From: an uncultured Porphyromonadaceae bacterium
Lineage (GTDB): Bacteria > Bacteroidota > Bacteroidia > Bacteroidales > Muribaculaceae
DNA: 47,284 nt
Direction of reading: 5' to 3'
NCBI GenBank assembly: GCA_947175225.1
Contig: CAMWLX010000001.1
Span: 1 to 47,284, forward strand
Shown here: one piece after another, positions 18,468-27,793 of the stretch
Layout: the number at the start of each line of letters is the position of its first letter
Numbering within the stretch: position 1 is the stretch's first letter
Position numbers and translations under genes: made by a program
Notes under the pieces: generated by a model
Told to the model about the DNA's origin: nothing
Database searches by the model: none
Seen by the model: the letters and a program-made list of their open reading frames with translations, nothing else

Positions 18468-19739
18468 TTATTCAAATTTGACTGTCACTGTGCTGTTGTT
18501 GGTATCTACTGTAATATTGACAGTAGCATCATTCTCAATGTCGAATGCAAAGTTGCCCTTGCCGTTTACATATGATCCATTATAAGAACCGTTTGTCAAC
18601 GTGCAAGCGACATCGCCGTCATCAACTTGGGCACCAAACTGAGTGTCATTGTCCCAGCCGGCTTCTGTCAGTTCTTTGCAGAATCGGAAGTTGACATGTC
18701 CTGCACTGACTGGCCATGAGCCTGTATAGATGCCACTGTCGCTCCTGTCAGCAAGGCGATAGTTAGCATAATCCGCTTCATTTGCAATGCCCGGCTCTTT
18801 CCAGCCGCTGATCGAACCCACAAGGTAGATATACTTGGCCACTACTACAGCTGCCTCACCCTTAGTACAAGTCAACATGATATTCTTCATATCGCTCATA
18901 TCAAGCGTGATAGTCATCTTGCCGCCTTCCCAGTTGGGGAAGTTAAACGAGCCTTTACCCTTGACTACCGGGCTTGTGAATGTATCGCCGTCGAAATCAA
19001 AATCAGTAGCACTGTCATCTACCTGATATCCGTATGAATCTGCATCCCAACCGGTAAGTTGAGTATAGAAGCGGAACATTGCAGAGCCTGCAGGAATATC
19101 GAATACACCGGAGTATACATTTGAGCCAATAGCATCCTTCGGTTCAAACAAGCGCCAGTCTGCATAATGAGCTTCATTGCTTTCTGTCGGGCCTGCCCAA
19201 CCTTCAGGAGCACCAACAAGATAGATGTAGCCCGGAACAGGCACAGCGAAATAGCCCTTGATGTTGTTGTAGGCCACCACGTTTGATGTAATCTTTGAGC
19301 CTTCTACTCCGTCTATTTCACAGTTTGCACGGAAATAGACCTTCATATAAGGAAGTTCCCCTGTCGGATATGCTGCGTCGAATGTCTCCTTATCAGTGAT
19401 GCCAAGAAGATCCATCATGCCGAGAGCCACTTTATCCTGTGGAATTTCCATGCGTGCAAGAGTCTTTGACGCTGGAGCAAGCTCATATGATTTGGCAAAA
19501 TCCTCTGTGAGCGACATCTCTGCGCTGTATTGAGCTATTGTTGCCACTCCATAGTCAGGCTGTGAGGATACGAGTTCAAGCACATTGCCAGCTTGAAGAT
19601 CAATATACTGATCCTGCATAGTCGGCACATTCAGCACATATTTGGTCGGTGTCTGCAAGACCGGATCGCGGTCTTGTGAGCATGATGCCAGGCCGAAGAT
19701 GGCACATGCGACAGCTGTATATTTCAGTATTTTTTTCAT
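18468..19739 (-). CDS. susE: SusE-like starch-binding outer-membrane lipoprotein
   Basis: Lipobox LASC; SusE-type N-domain (SQPDYG); two internally repeated CBMs (YIYLVGAPEGW / YIYLVGSISGW). Confidence 0.85.
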   Translation of the reverse strand: MKKILKYTAVACAIFGLASCSQDRDPVLQTPTKYVLNVPTMQDQYIDLQAGNVLELVSSQPDYGVATIAQYSAEMSLTEDFAKSYELAPASKTLARMEIPQDKVALGMMDLLGITDKETFDAAYPTGELPYMKVYFRANCEIDGVEGSKITSNVVAYNNIKGYFAVPVPGYIYLVGAPEGWAGPTESNEAHYADWRLFEPKDAIGSNVYSGVFDIPAGSAMFRFYTQLTGWDADSYGYQVDDSATDFDFDGDTFTSPVVKGKGSFNFPNWEGGKMTITLDMSDMKNIMLTCTKGEAAVVVAKYIYLVGSISGWKEPGIANEADYANYRLADRSDSGIYTGSWPVSAGHVNFRFCKELTEAGWDNDTQFGAQVDDGDVACTLTNGSYNGSYVNGKGNFAFDIENDATVNITVDTNNSTVTVKFE

Positions 19740-19758
19740 AATTCTTCAGATTCTACGA

Positions 19759-21471
19759 TTAATAGCCGGGGTTCTGAACATAGCCGTTACGTGCAGCTGT
19801 AGTGCTTGGAAGCGGATATACTACGAACGCAGAAGAGAAGTCTGCGCCATTACGCACCTGATTCTTCCATGCCCATGTATAGCCGGAGATCCATTTTCCA
19901 TAGCGGATAAGGTCGCTGCGGCGGATACATTCTGTGTAAAGTTCACGGCAACGTTCGTCCTGAAGTTGCACAAGATTAAGGGTTGCGTCTACATCAGAAA
20001 GTCCTGCACGCTTACGGATATAGTTTACGTATTCTACAGCCTTGGCGCGGTCGCCGCCACCGTTGAGGGCTGCCTCTGCTGCTGATAGATAAATCTCTGC
20101 AAGGCGAATCATTGCATAGTCGCCGCCAAGCTGGTCGGTAGCTGCAGGTGAAGATGCGCGGTTCTCTCCATTTTCATCCTGATACCAGTTATTATATTTC
20201 ACAGCGAGATATCCATTATTGCCCCAGTCTGCCTGAGCAAGTGAGATATTCTGCACATTGAATCCATCCTTCGATGTCTTCCAATATTTAACTCGCACGT
20301 CATCGCTTTGCGACATATCGACATCCTTCCAATTGAATTTCTCTACAAATTCTGTGCGGGCTACGATACACTTCCAGCCATTGCCTGAATTATAATCAGA
20401 AATATGGCAAGTGTATTCTGCATCATCAGAAGAGTCTCCAATCCAAGCGTTACACATGAAAGTCGAGTTGGCATACGACATCAAGCCCTTGCCGGAAGGA
20501 TCAAGCGATGTATGATGCTGAGGGATAGTCCAAATAATCTCATTGGCACCATTCTCCTTACAGCTGACATAGCTTGAGTTGTTGGAACCGAAGTTCTGGA
20601 AGTAGTTAGGATTCAAGCCGCTTCCGTCCATACCGCCCTTGCCAAGACGTGCTATAACCTTCTCAGCATGCTGGTAGCATTTATCCCAAGCTGCAGTGCC
20701 TGTATAGACCTCTGCATTAAGATAGAACTTCACAAGTAGAGATTCAGCGACATCAAGACCTACCTGTCCGTATGCCGGCATATTATTAGGATCATTGGCC
20801 TCATACCATGCTACGATGTCCTCAAGGTCAGCTACTACCTTGTCATACACCATGCGGCGACCTTCACTGAAGTTAGTAGAGAGCTGAGGAGCCACTTGGC
20901 CCATAGCCACACTTTCATCAGCATATGGCACATTGCCAAAGTTGTCGATGGCATACCAGTAGGCACCTGCTCGAAGAATTCGGGCCTGGCGGATATATTC
21001 ATCAGCGAGTGCCTGAAGTTCCGGGGTTGTCAGATTGAAATATCCGTCATTTACAGTCTGGATAAACTGGTTGCACATCGCGATGTTGATATAGAGACGG
21101 GAGTAAGTACCCATCACGACAGTGTTGGCTGCCGGAACAAGACCATACTGGATTGTGCCATAGTCTGTATCGCTCGGGATCCATGAGCCTTCATCGGAAT
21201 TACATTCCTCAAGAATCCATACTGCACGTTGGAAAGTAGACATACCTCCGTCAAAATTCTGAACAGCAGCGTTGCCGTTTGCTCCGTAGGTGGCATATTG
21301 CAAATATACTCCTGCGATAGCCTTTTCAAGATAACCCTTGGGATCATCTTTGAAAAGACCCGGGGTAAGTTCATTAGGGTTTGTCGGGGTGAGGTCGAGA
21401 TCCCCTACGCAGCTTCCTAAGGAAAGAGTGGCTGCCACCATCGAGCCTGCTAAAAATTTATTTATTTTCAT
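19759..21471 (-). CDS. susD: RagB/SusD family outer-membrane glycan-binding lipoprotein (starch PUL)
   Basis: Lipobox LGSC-VGDLD; IRLAEIYLSAAEA, DERCRELYTECIRRSDLIRYG, C-terminal QNPGY; ATG at 21471. Confidence 0.95.
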   Translation of the reverse strand: MKINKFLAGSMVAATLSLGSCVGDLDLTPTNPNELTPGLFKDDPKGYLEKAIAGVYLQYATYGANGNAAVQNFDGGMSTFQRAVWILEECNSDEGSWIPSDTDYGTIQYGLVPAANTVVMGTYSRLYINIAMCNQFIQTVNDGYFNLTTPELQALADEYIRQARILRAGAYWYAIDNFGNVPYADESVAMGQVAPQLSTNFSEGRRMVYDKVVADLEDIVAWYEANDPNNMPAYGQVGLDVAESLLVKFYLNAEVYTGTAAWDKCYQHAEKVIARLGKGGMDGSGLNPNYFQNFGSNNSSYVSCKENGANEIIWTIPQHHTSLDPSGKGLMSYANSTFMCNAWIGDSSDDAEYTCHISDYNSGNGWKCIVARTEFVEKFNWKDVDMSQSDDVRVKYWKTSKDGFNVQNISLAQADWGNNGYLAVKYNNWYQDENGENRASSPAATDQLGGDYAMIRLAEIYLSAAEAALNGGGDRAKAVEYVNYIRKRAGLSDVDATLNLVQLQDERCRELYTECIRRSDLIRYGKWISGYTWAWKNQVRNGADFSSAFVVYPLPSTTAARNGYVQNPGY

Positions 21472-21490
21472 CTTTATTCTTTGCTTTAGA

Positions 21491-24400
21491 TTAGAAAGTT
21501 GCAATCAGACCGATTGTGAAGCTGACGGGACGTGGATAGACGTTATTGTCGATGCCGTCAAATACTTCCGGGTCAAGTCCTTTATATTTTGTGATCACAA
21601 ATGGATTCTGCACTGCGCCATAAAGACGGAGACGAAGATTATCATTGAGAAGGTCAGGCCATGTGTAGCCAAGTGTGATGTTGTCGCAGCGGAGGAACGA
21701 TGCGTTCTCTACGAAATAGTCGCTCAGTGGCTCCGGCTTGCCGGCGAAGATATACTCGTCACGCATAAGGTTGTTCAAGCCATAAGAGTCAACAGAACCG
21801 AGGTTTGTGCGTGCATAGCGTGGTCCGTTATATACGTAATTGCCGAAATTAGCACGAAGGGCAAACGAAAGGTCCCAATTCTTATAGCTGAAGTTGTTGT
21901 TCCATGACATTGTCACCTTAGGTTCCGGTGAGTGGAACATGATAAGGTCATCATCATTGATTACTCCATCTGCATTCTGGTCTACGAAGAGGTCTGGGAT
22001 AGGATTGCCGTCGTTATCATACACTTGCTGATAAACGAGATAAGTGAACGCTGGCTGCCCTACGAGATGCCACTGGAGGTGACCGCCTACGCCTACAGGC
22101 ACGTCGCGAGCTGAGATAGCATCTGTCTCTGCATTGCCGGTAAGTGCTGTAATCTTGTTGCGGTTCCAACCTACATTCAAGCTTGTGCTCCAAGTGAAGT
22201 CTTCAGTCTGCACCGGACGTCCGCCGATGGTCGCTTCTATACCGTAGTTACGGAGTGTACCGATGTTGGTTGTCATGTAGTTTGATGTGTTCATACCAAG
22301 TGCCGGTGCCCAAGCAAGAAGGTCTTTGGTGTCACGTAGATACCAGTCGAAGACGAAAGTAAGGCGATTGTTGAAGAAGCCGAGGTCGATACCGGTATTC
22401 CAAGTTGTAGTGGTCTCCCACTTGATATTGGAGTCGTATGCCTGAGGATAAAGTGGCTCGATCCATTGTCCATTCCAGACATATTGGAAGCCATTTTGAT
22501 ATGAATTCTGATAGATTGGCAGATAGGGGAAGAAGCCACCTATATCCTGCTGACCTGTCTGGCCCCAGCCGAGACGAAGCTTGAATTCATCCAGATTTGC
22601 GTAATCCTGAAGACCGAAGCAGTTGTTGATCTTCCATCCCAATGCCAATGATGGGAAGAGACTCCAACGGGTATCTTTTGAGAATCGTGAAGATCCGTCA
22701 TCACGCAGCGTGAAGGTAAGAAGATAAGTGTCAGCGAATGTGTAATTCAGACGTCCGAAGAATGAAACGAGCTGAAGAGGATTGCTCCATACACTCTGAG
22801 GAGCATAGTTGACCACCTCGCCGATTGCATTATGAGAATTGGTGTTCATTGTGTACTGACCATTCTCATAGCTGAAACCATTCTGACCATTTGCATTTAC
22901 GAAACCAAGAGAGTTTACATAGTTCTGAGAGCGACCATGGTAGTCCATACGCTGCCAAGAGTAGCCTACCATCACATCAAGGTTAGACTTGATAGCCTCG
23001 AATTCCTTCTTATAGTTGATGTAGAAGTCAAGAAGGGTGTTACGCTGAAGCTCATACCACTTGTTAAGTGTAGCTGCACCTGCTGCATTGTTATTCAGCA
23101 GTCCGTCATTCTGCCATGCGAATACTGAGTTGGCAGCTGTGATGGAGTTGGCATTGTTCTTTGACACCTGATAACCGAGGTTAAGGTTTAGGTGAAGTTC
23201 CGGGAGGAAATGGAGAGCATAGTCAAGCTGTAGGTTGCCGGATGATGACCAAGTGTCGTTATGTCCATCCTTATCATACAGCATTGCCAATGGGTTCTCA
23301 GATGCGTTGCGGTCAAATGTTCCGCCTGGAGCATAGTTGTAGTAGCCGTTATAGAGCATTAGTCCGGTATTGCCTCCCATTGCGATGTTTGTATAGACCG
23401 GCTTAGTCGGGTCGAAAGAAGAAGCTGCGCCGATAGAGCCTTGATCTGCATTGTGAGTGCGGCCATAAGTGCCATTCACATTGACATTCACTGAAAGATG
23501 ATCGTCAAGGAACTTCGGGCTAAGGCTGAAGCCTGCTGTCACACGCTGCATGTTTGAGGTCTTCAAGATACCTTCTGAGTTAGTATAACCTGCGTTGACA
23601 CGGTAAGGAAGGAAGCCTGCCTTGCCAGCCACTGAGATATTGTAGTCCTGAGAGATCGATGTGCGGAGCACTTCATTCTGCCAGTCTGTATTATAAATTT
23701 CACCCTTATAGCCGAGCTGGTCGATAGTGGCGTCGCCCATATGAGCCTTCACGTAGTCGGCAAATTCATAGCCGTCCATAAGGTTAAGTTTCTTACGCGC
23801 TGTGTTGACACTCATATTAGCGGAGAAGTTGACAACAGGCTTGCCGGCTTTACCCTTCTTTGTCGTAATGATGATGACGCCGTTTGATGCTCGGCTACCA
23901 TAGATAGCGGTTGCAGAAGCATCCTTAAGCACTGTCATGCTCTCGATGTCGTTAGGGTTCACCATCGTCAGCGCGCTCATGCCGCCACCTTGGCTTTGGT
24001 TGGTCATCGGCACTCCGTCGATCACAATCAGAGGGTCGTTGGAGGCATTCAATGATGAACCGCCACGTATACGGATGGTTGCGCCGCCTGTCGGGTCACC
24101 ACCGTTAGTCGTTACTACCACACCCGGGCTTGCACCTACAAGGAGGTCCTGAGCTGATGTCGAGATGCCGGCATCGATTTCATCCGGTTTGATCACTGAT
24201 ACAGAGCCGGTGGCATCTGATTTCTTCACGGAGCCATAACCGATCACCACTGCTTCCTGAAGCATTGTGGCATTCTCCTGAAGGGTTACCTTGATTTCTG
24301 TCTGCCCTTTGACGGCTACTTCCTGAGGTTCATAGCCGATGTAGCTGAAGACAAGGGTGGCATCCGGTGCGACATTGATTGTAAACAGGCCATCGAAGTC

Positions 24401-24583
24401 CGTCGCTGTGCCATTTGATGTGCCTTTCTCCATTACGGTGGCACCGATTAGTGGTTCGCCAGTCGAATCATCCACATACCCGTGGACAGTAATCTTCTGG
24501 GCCAGAGCGGGAAGCGTGAATGCCAACAGCATTGCCATTGCCACCAGCGCTTTCCGGCTGAGTGTAAAACAAACGTTTTTCAT
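21491..24583 (-). CDS. susC: SusC/RagA family TonB-dependent transporter (starch PUL)
   Basis: GEPLIGATV, IRIRGGSS, VLKDASATAIYGSRASNGVIIITTK, LRCDNITLGYT, terminal F; no N-terminal STN extension. Confidence 0.97.
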   Translation of the reverse strand: MKNVCFTLSRKALVAMAMLLAFTLPALAQKITVHGYVDDSTGEPLIGATVMEKGTSNGTATDFDGLFTINVAPDATLVFSYIGYEPQEVAVKGQTEIKVTLQENATMLQEAVVIGYGSVKKSDATGSVSVIKPDEIDAGISTSAQDLLVGASPGVVVTTNGGDPTGGATIRIRGGSSLNASNDPLIVIDGVPMTNQSQGGGMSALTMVNPNDIESMTVLKDASATAIYGSRASNGVIIITTKKGKAGKPVVNFSANMSVNTARKKLNLMDGYEFADYVKAHMGDATIDQLGYKGEIYNTDWQNEVLRTSISQDYNISVAGKAGFLPYRVNAGYTNSEGILKTSNMQRVTAGFSLSPKFLDDHLSVNVNVNGTYGRTHNADQGSIGAASSFDPTKPVYTNIAMGGNTGLMLYNGYYNYAPGGTFDRNASENPLAMLYDKDGHNDTWSSSGNLQLDYALHFLPELHLNLNLGYQVSKNNANSITAANSVFAWQNDGLLNNNAAGAATLNKWYELQRNTLLDFYINYKKEFEAIKSNLDVMVGYSWQRMDYHGRSQNYVNSLGFVNANGQNGFSYENGQYTMNTNSHNAIGEVVNYAPQSVWSNPLQLVSFFGRLNYTFADTYLLTFTLRDDGSSRFSKDTRWSLFPSLALGWKINNCFGLQDYANLDEFKLRLGWGQTGQQDIGGFFPYLPIYQNSYQNGFQYVWNGQWIEPLYPQAYDSNIKWETTTTWNTGIDLGFFNNRLTFVFDWYLRDTKDLLAWAPALGMNTSNYMTTNIGTLRNYGIEATIGGRPVQTEDFTWSTSLNVGWNRNKITALTGNAETDAISARDVPVGVGGHLQWHLVGQPAFTYLVYQQVYDNDGNPIPDLFVDQNADGVINDDDLIMFHSPEPKVTMSWNNNFSYKNWDLSFALRANFGNYVYNGPRYARTNLGSVDSYGLNNLMRDEYIFAGKPEPLSDYFVENASFLRCDNITLGYTWPDLLNDNLRLRLYGAVQNPFVITKYKGLDPEVFDGIDNNVYPRPVSFTIGLIATF

Positions 24584-24674
24584 GCAGGATTTTTTTTAGT
24601 ACTACATTTATTTAATTGAACTCACATTCAGGTTAATCAGGTTTTCAGGAGAGGGTATGCTTTAAGTTTAACAC

Positions 24675-24682
24675 CAAAATTA
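24675..24682 (-). promoter_or_regulatory. -7 element of starch susC promoter
   Basis: TAATTTTG on minus strand ~90 bp upstream of the susC start. Confidence 0.55.
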
Positions 24683-24758
24683 ATACAAATTTTAACAATA
24701 ATAGTTTTATTTTTTATAAAAAATTTAACATCAACCCTTCTTTTAACTTTCATTAACA

Positions 24759-24790
24759 TTTGCAAAACCCAGAAAAAAAACGTAATTTTG
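24759..24790 (+). promoter_or_regulatory. Predicted MATE promoter
   Basis: TTTG (24759-24762) - 20 bp - TAATTTTG (24783-24790). Confidence 0.7.
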
Positions 24791-24813
24791 CATCAAAATA
24801 AACCCATAAACCC

Positions 24814-24837
24814 TCAAATTTCGCAAGCGAAATTTGA
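24814..24837. repeat. 24-bp palindrome in MATE leader (REP-like or operator)
   Basis: TCAAATTTCGC-AA-GCGAAATTTGA, perfect 11-bp arms. Confidence 0.7.
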
Positions 24838-24845
24838 ATTAAGAT

Positions 24846-26252
24846 ATGCTAATAGATAAAATAAGATCGGGAGAAAGCCTAAGTTTCGGACAGCAACTGA
24901 AGCTGACCGCCCAACTGTCGTGGCCTGCGATGATGGCGCAGCTCTCGAGCATGATGATGCAGTATATTGATGCTGCCATGGTCGGCCATCTTGGTGCTGA
25001 CCCTTCTGCATCAGTCGGTCTCGTCTCCACTTCCTTATGGCTTTTCTGGGGTATATGCTCGGCTGTCACTATGGGTTTCTCTGTCCAAGTAGCCCACAGC
25101 ATCGGAGCTTCTGACCACGCTCGCGGCCGCCGCATACTTCGCCAGAGCATCACTGCCTGCTTTCTATTCAGCCTTGTTGTGGCATTGGTGGGAGCCGCAA
25201 TAGCCTGGCCTCTTCCCCATTGGCTTGGAGGGAAGGAAGCCATTTGCCATGACGCTTCTGTCTATTTCCTTGTCTTTGTCCTTGCCCTTCCTCTGTTCAC
25301 TATGAACTATCTCGGTGGAGGCATGCTGCGCTGCAGCGGCAACATGAAAGTGCCGGGAGGACTCAACGTCCTGATGTGTGTGCTCGACGTGATCTTCAAT
25401 TTCTTGCTGATATTCCCGACGCGGGAGATCGACATTTTCGGCTTGCACCTCACTATGCCCGGTGCCGGACTCGGCGTCCTCGGAGCCGCCCTTGGCACGG
25501 CGGCTGCAGAGATAGTCACGGCGGGACTCATGATGTGGTTCCTATGCTTCCGTCAGGATGGGCTCGCTATAGCTAAAATTAAGGAGAAAGGAAGCAGTTT
25601 CAAGCCGGAATGGGAAATCTTGCGCAAGGCTTTGAAAGTGTCTGCTCCCATGACTCTCGAACACGTAGTAATCTGTGGAGCGCAAATCGCAGTCACTGTC
25701 ATCGTGGCCCCTCTTGGGGTCATGGCGATTGCCGCTAATGCTTTCGCCGTGACGGCGGAAAGTCTTTGCTACATGCCCGGTTATGGCATATCTGATGCCG
25801 CCACTACACTTGTCGGGCAAAGCTATGGGGCAAAGCGCAAGGATCTCGCAAAGCGTTTCGGGTATATTACAGTAGGTCTCGGTATGCTCACCATGACGAT
25901 AATGGGCGTGGTGATGTATATTCTCGCTCCGGAGGCAATGGAACTGATGAGTCCTGTTAAAGATATAATCGACTTAGGTGCAAGTGCATTGAGGATTGAG
26001 GCTTTTGCAGAGCCTATGTTTGCGGCATCCATTGTGGCATATGGGGTTATGGTCGGTGTCGGAGACACTGTCCTCCCTGCAGCTATGAACTTCAGCAGCA
26101 TTTGGCTGGTAAGGGTCCCCCTCGCCGCTTGGCTTGCCCCGACGATGGGGCTCAACGGTGTATGGCTCGCCATGTGCATCGAGCTATGCTTCCGCGGTGC
26201 CATCTTCCTCTGGCGCCTATTCTCAGGAGCCTGGCTAAAGAAAGGCCTGTAA
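24846..26252 (+). CDS. MATE family efflux transporter
   Basis: 468 aa hydrophobic; MQYIDAAMVGHLG, AATTLVGQSYGA, GLNGVWLAM. Confidence 0.95.
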   Translation: MLIDKIRSGESLSFGQQLKLTAQLSWPAMMAQLSSMMMQYIDAAMVGHLGADPSASVGLVSTSLWLFWGICSAVTMGFSVQVAHSIGASDHARGRRILRQSITACFLFSLVVALVGAAIAWPLPHWLGGKEAICHDASVYFLVFVLALPLFTMNYLGGGMLRCSGNMKVPGGLNVLMCVLDVIFNFLLIFPTREIDIFGLHLTMPGAGLGVLGAALGTAAAEIVTAGLMMWFLCFRQDGLAIAKIKEKGSSFKPEWEILRKALKVSAPMTLEHVVICGAQIAVTVIVAPLGVMAIAANAFAVTAESLCYMPGYGISDAATTLVGQSYGAKRKDLAKRFGYITVGLGMLTMTIMGVVMYILAPEAMELMSPVKDIIDLGASALRIEAFAEPMFAASIVAYGVMVGVGDTVLPAAMNFSSIWLVRVPLAAWLAPTMGLNGVWLAMCIELCFRGAIFLWRLFSGAWLKKGL

Positions 26253-26257
26253 AAAGC

Positions 26258-27148
26258 TTATAAGTTCCCTATTATATCATTGACTATATCTATTCTTTCC
26301 CTATCCATTGCAAAAGGAAAGGTTCCACATTCTATGCTCGTGGTGTTTGCAAATGGCTTGACGAGGGTCTCATACCAAAGAGACGACAACGCATACTGGG
26401 CAAATTTGTCGGTTATATGGATTCCATCATCTGAGAATCCATTTTCTTCCGAGGGAAAAGCCTCTCTCATTTGCTTGATCAAAGTTGCAGAAGGAATGTG
26501 AAGTTCTAAGCCTGCACTGACCCTATCGGCTACTTTCATTATCGCATTGTACATTTTTTCTGGATTCCGATCATATTTCTTGAAGTCATCGTTATCCGCC
26601 CAAGGGGTATAAGCCCATGTATAGTGCCATGCTATAGAGGATGAGGGATTAGTTTCCCTAAATAGCCTTACAAGATGCTCAAATGCAGGCTCATATGAGG
26701 AATATATTCCGGAAAGAGCCGATGCCTGCTGTATCACGATGACATCCCAATCAAAAAAGACCAATGCCAAGTCAATATTCTTGATGTCAGAATGGGACCA
26801 ATGCCCATTATTGGAATAATAGAGGTCATAAGCTGATGATAACCCTATATGGTTGCTCCAATGCATATTTAATGAGCAGCCGCTTTGCGTAAGACTGGCA
26901 AAGCAAATGGAGTCACTGTTTAGAGTATTGATGAGCCATGGCATATAAGTAGAAGCATTTATCGTAAAGCTATTCCCTATGGCAAGAATTTTAAGGCTCG
27001 AGTCGTTATGACGCTTCCAAAAGCTACTGTCCACGTCTGGATTAGGCGTGGAAGGGAATTTGCAAGGCTCATAAGGCTCATCGCCGCATGATGCCACTGC
27101 CGACATCAGGACGCAAGCAATTGTAAGAAATCTGACTATTTTTTTCAT
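26258..27148 (-). CDS. DUF4886 domain lipoprotein (SGNH-hydrolase-like)
   Basis: Lipobox VASC; LKILAIGNSFT, WDVIVIQQAS, WHYTWAY, DGIH. Confidence 0.8.
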   Translation of the reverse strand: MKKIVRFLTIACVLMSAVASCGDEPYEPCKFPSTPNPDVDSSFWKRHNDSSLKILAIGNSFTINASTYMPWLINTLNSDSICFASLTQSGCSLNMHWSNHIGLSSAYDLYYSNNGHWSHSDIKNIDLALVFFDWDVIVIQQASALSGIYSSYEPAFEHLVRLFRETNPSSSIAWHYTWAYTPWADNDDFKKYDRNPEKMYNAIMKVADRVSAGLELHIPSATLIKQMREAFPSEENGFSDDGIHITDKFAQYALSSLWYETLVKPFANTTSIECGTFPFAMDRERIDIVNDIIGNL

Positions 27149-27717
27149 AAGATTCGCATCAGAAGTGGGATTTTGCCGGAATTATCGATCACTCTTATTG
27201 GTATGCAAGTATGTTCAAGTAGTCGTTCCTCCTCTTTCTGGCTGCGTATACGCTTCCTGATTGCCTCCTCATCCAGAGCATCCCGGCTTTTGATACGCGC
27301 AATCCGCTCTTCCTCTGAAGCAGTCACCATCCAAATTTCGCTGCACATTTCCGCCAATCCCGATGAAGCAAGAATTGCCGACTCCACAAAGCATCTTTTT
27401 GCCCCGCTATTAATTTGTAAGGTATGCCATTTCTCCACATCCTCCCGCACCAGCCGATGCACAAGCGAATTGAGCCAAAGCCGCTCCTCCTCACTTCCGA
27501 AGACCCTCTTAGCAAGCTCCGGACGGCAAATCGGTCCCCCTTTAGGGCACACCGAATCCCCATATCGCAAATTAAGCGCAGCGACCACCTCCTCAGAGCC
27601 ATCCATAATCCGCTTAGCCTCAAGGTCACAATCATACACACCCTCCCCCCGAAGCCTAAGCACCCGACTGACCACCGACTTTCCACTCCCAATCCCCCCA
27701 CAAATTCCAATCATCAT
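27145..27717 (-). CDS. coaE: Dephospho-CoA kinase
   Basis: IGICGGIGSGKS P-loop, VYDCD, LNSLVH, FVESAIL, RIRSQ, IDNSG. Confidence 0.93.
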   Translation of the reverse strand: MMIGICGGIGSGKSVVSRVLRLRGEGVYDCDLEAKRIMDGSEEVVAALNLRYGDSVCPKGGPICRPELAKRVFGSEEERLWLNSLVHRLVREDVEKWHTLQINSGAKRCFVESAILASSGLAEMCSEIWMVTASEEERIARIKSRDALDEEAIRKRIRSQKEEERLLEHTCIPIRVIDNSGKIPLLMRIL

Positions 27718-27740
27718 AACGCAAATTAAATTCAACTTCA

Positions 27741-27748
27741 CAAAGTTA
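27741..27748 (-). promoter_or_regulatory. -7 element of coaE promoter
   Basis: TAACTTTG on minus strand 23 bp upstream of ATG 27717. Confidence 0.6.
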
Positions 27749-27780
27749 ATAAATTATTTCCGACTTTACTATTTTTTTAT

Positions 27781-27788
27781 TAAATTTG
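27781..27788 (+). promoter_or_regulatory. -7 element of GH92 promoter
   Basis: TAAATTTG ending 5 bp before ATG 27794. Confidence 0.55.
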
Positions 27789-27793
27789 TAAGC

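Noticed and set aside
21472-21504. Longer start for susD
   Set aside because: Overlaps the susC end; the lipoprotein signal fits ATG 21471
24668-24758. Several TTAACA hexamers in the susC/MATE spacer as regulator sites
   Set aside because: Irregular spacing in very AT-rich DNA; cannot be distinguished from chance by eye
27173-27793. 207-aa N-terminal extension making GH92 1140 aa
   Set aside because: Antisense to coaE and Ser/Pro/Arg-rich; promoter and signal peptide point to ATG 27794
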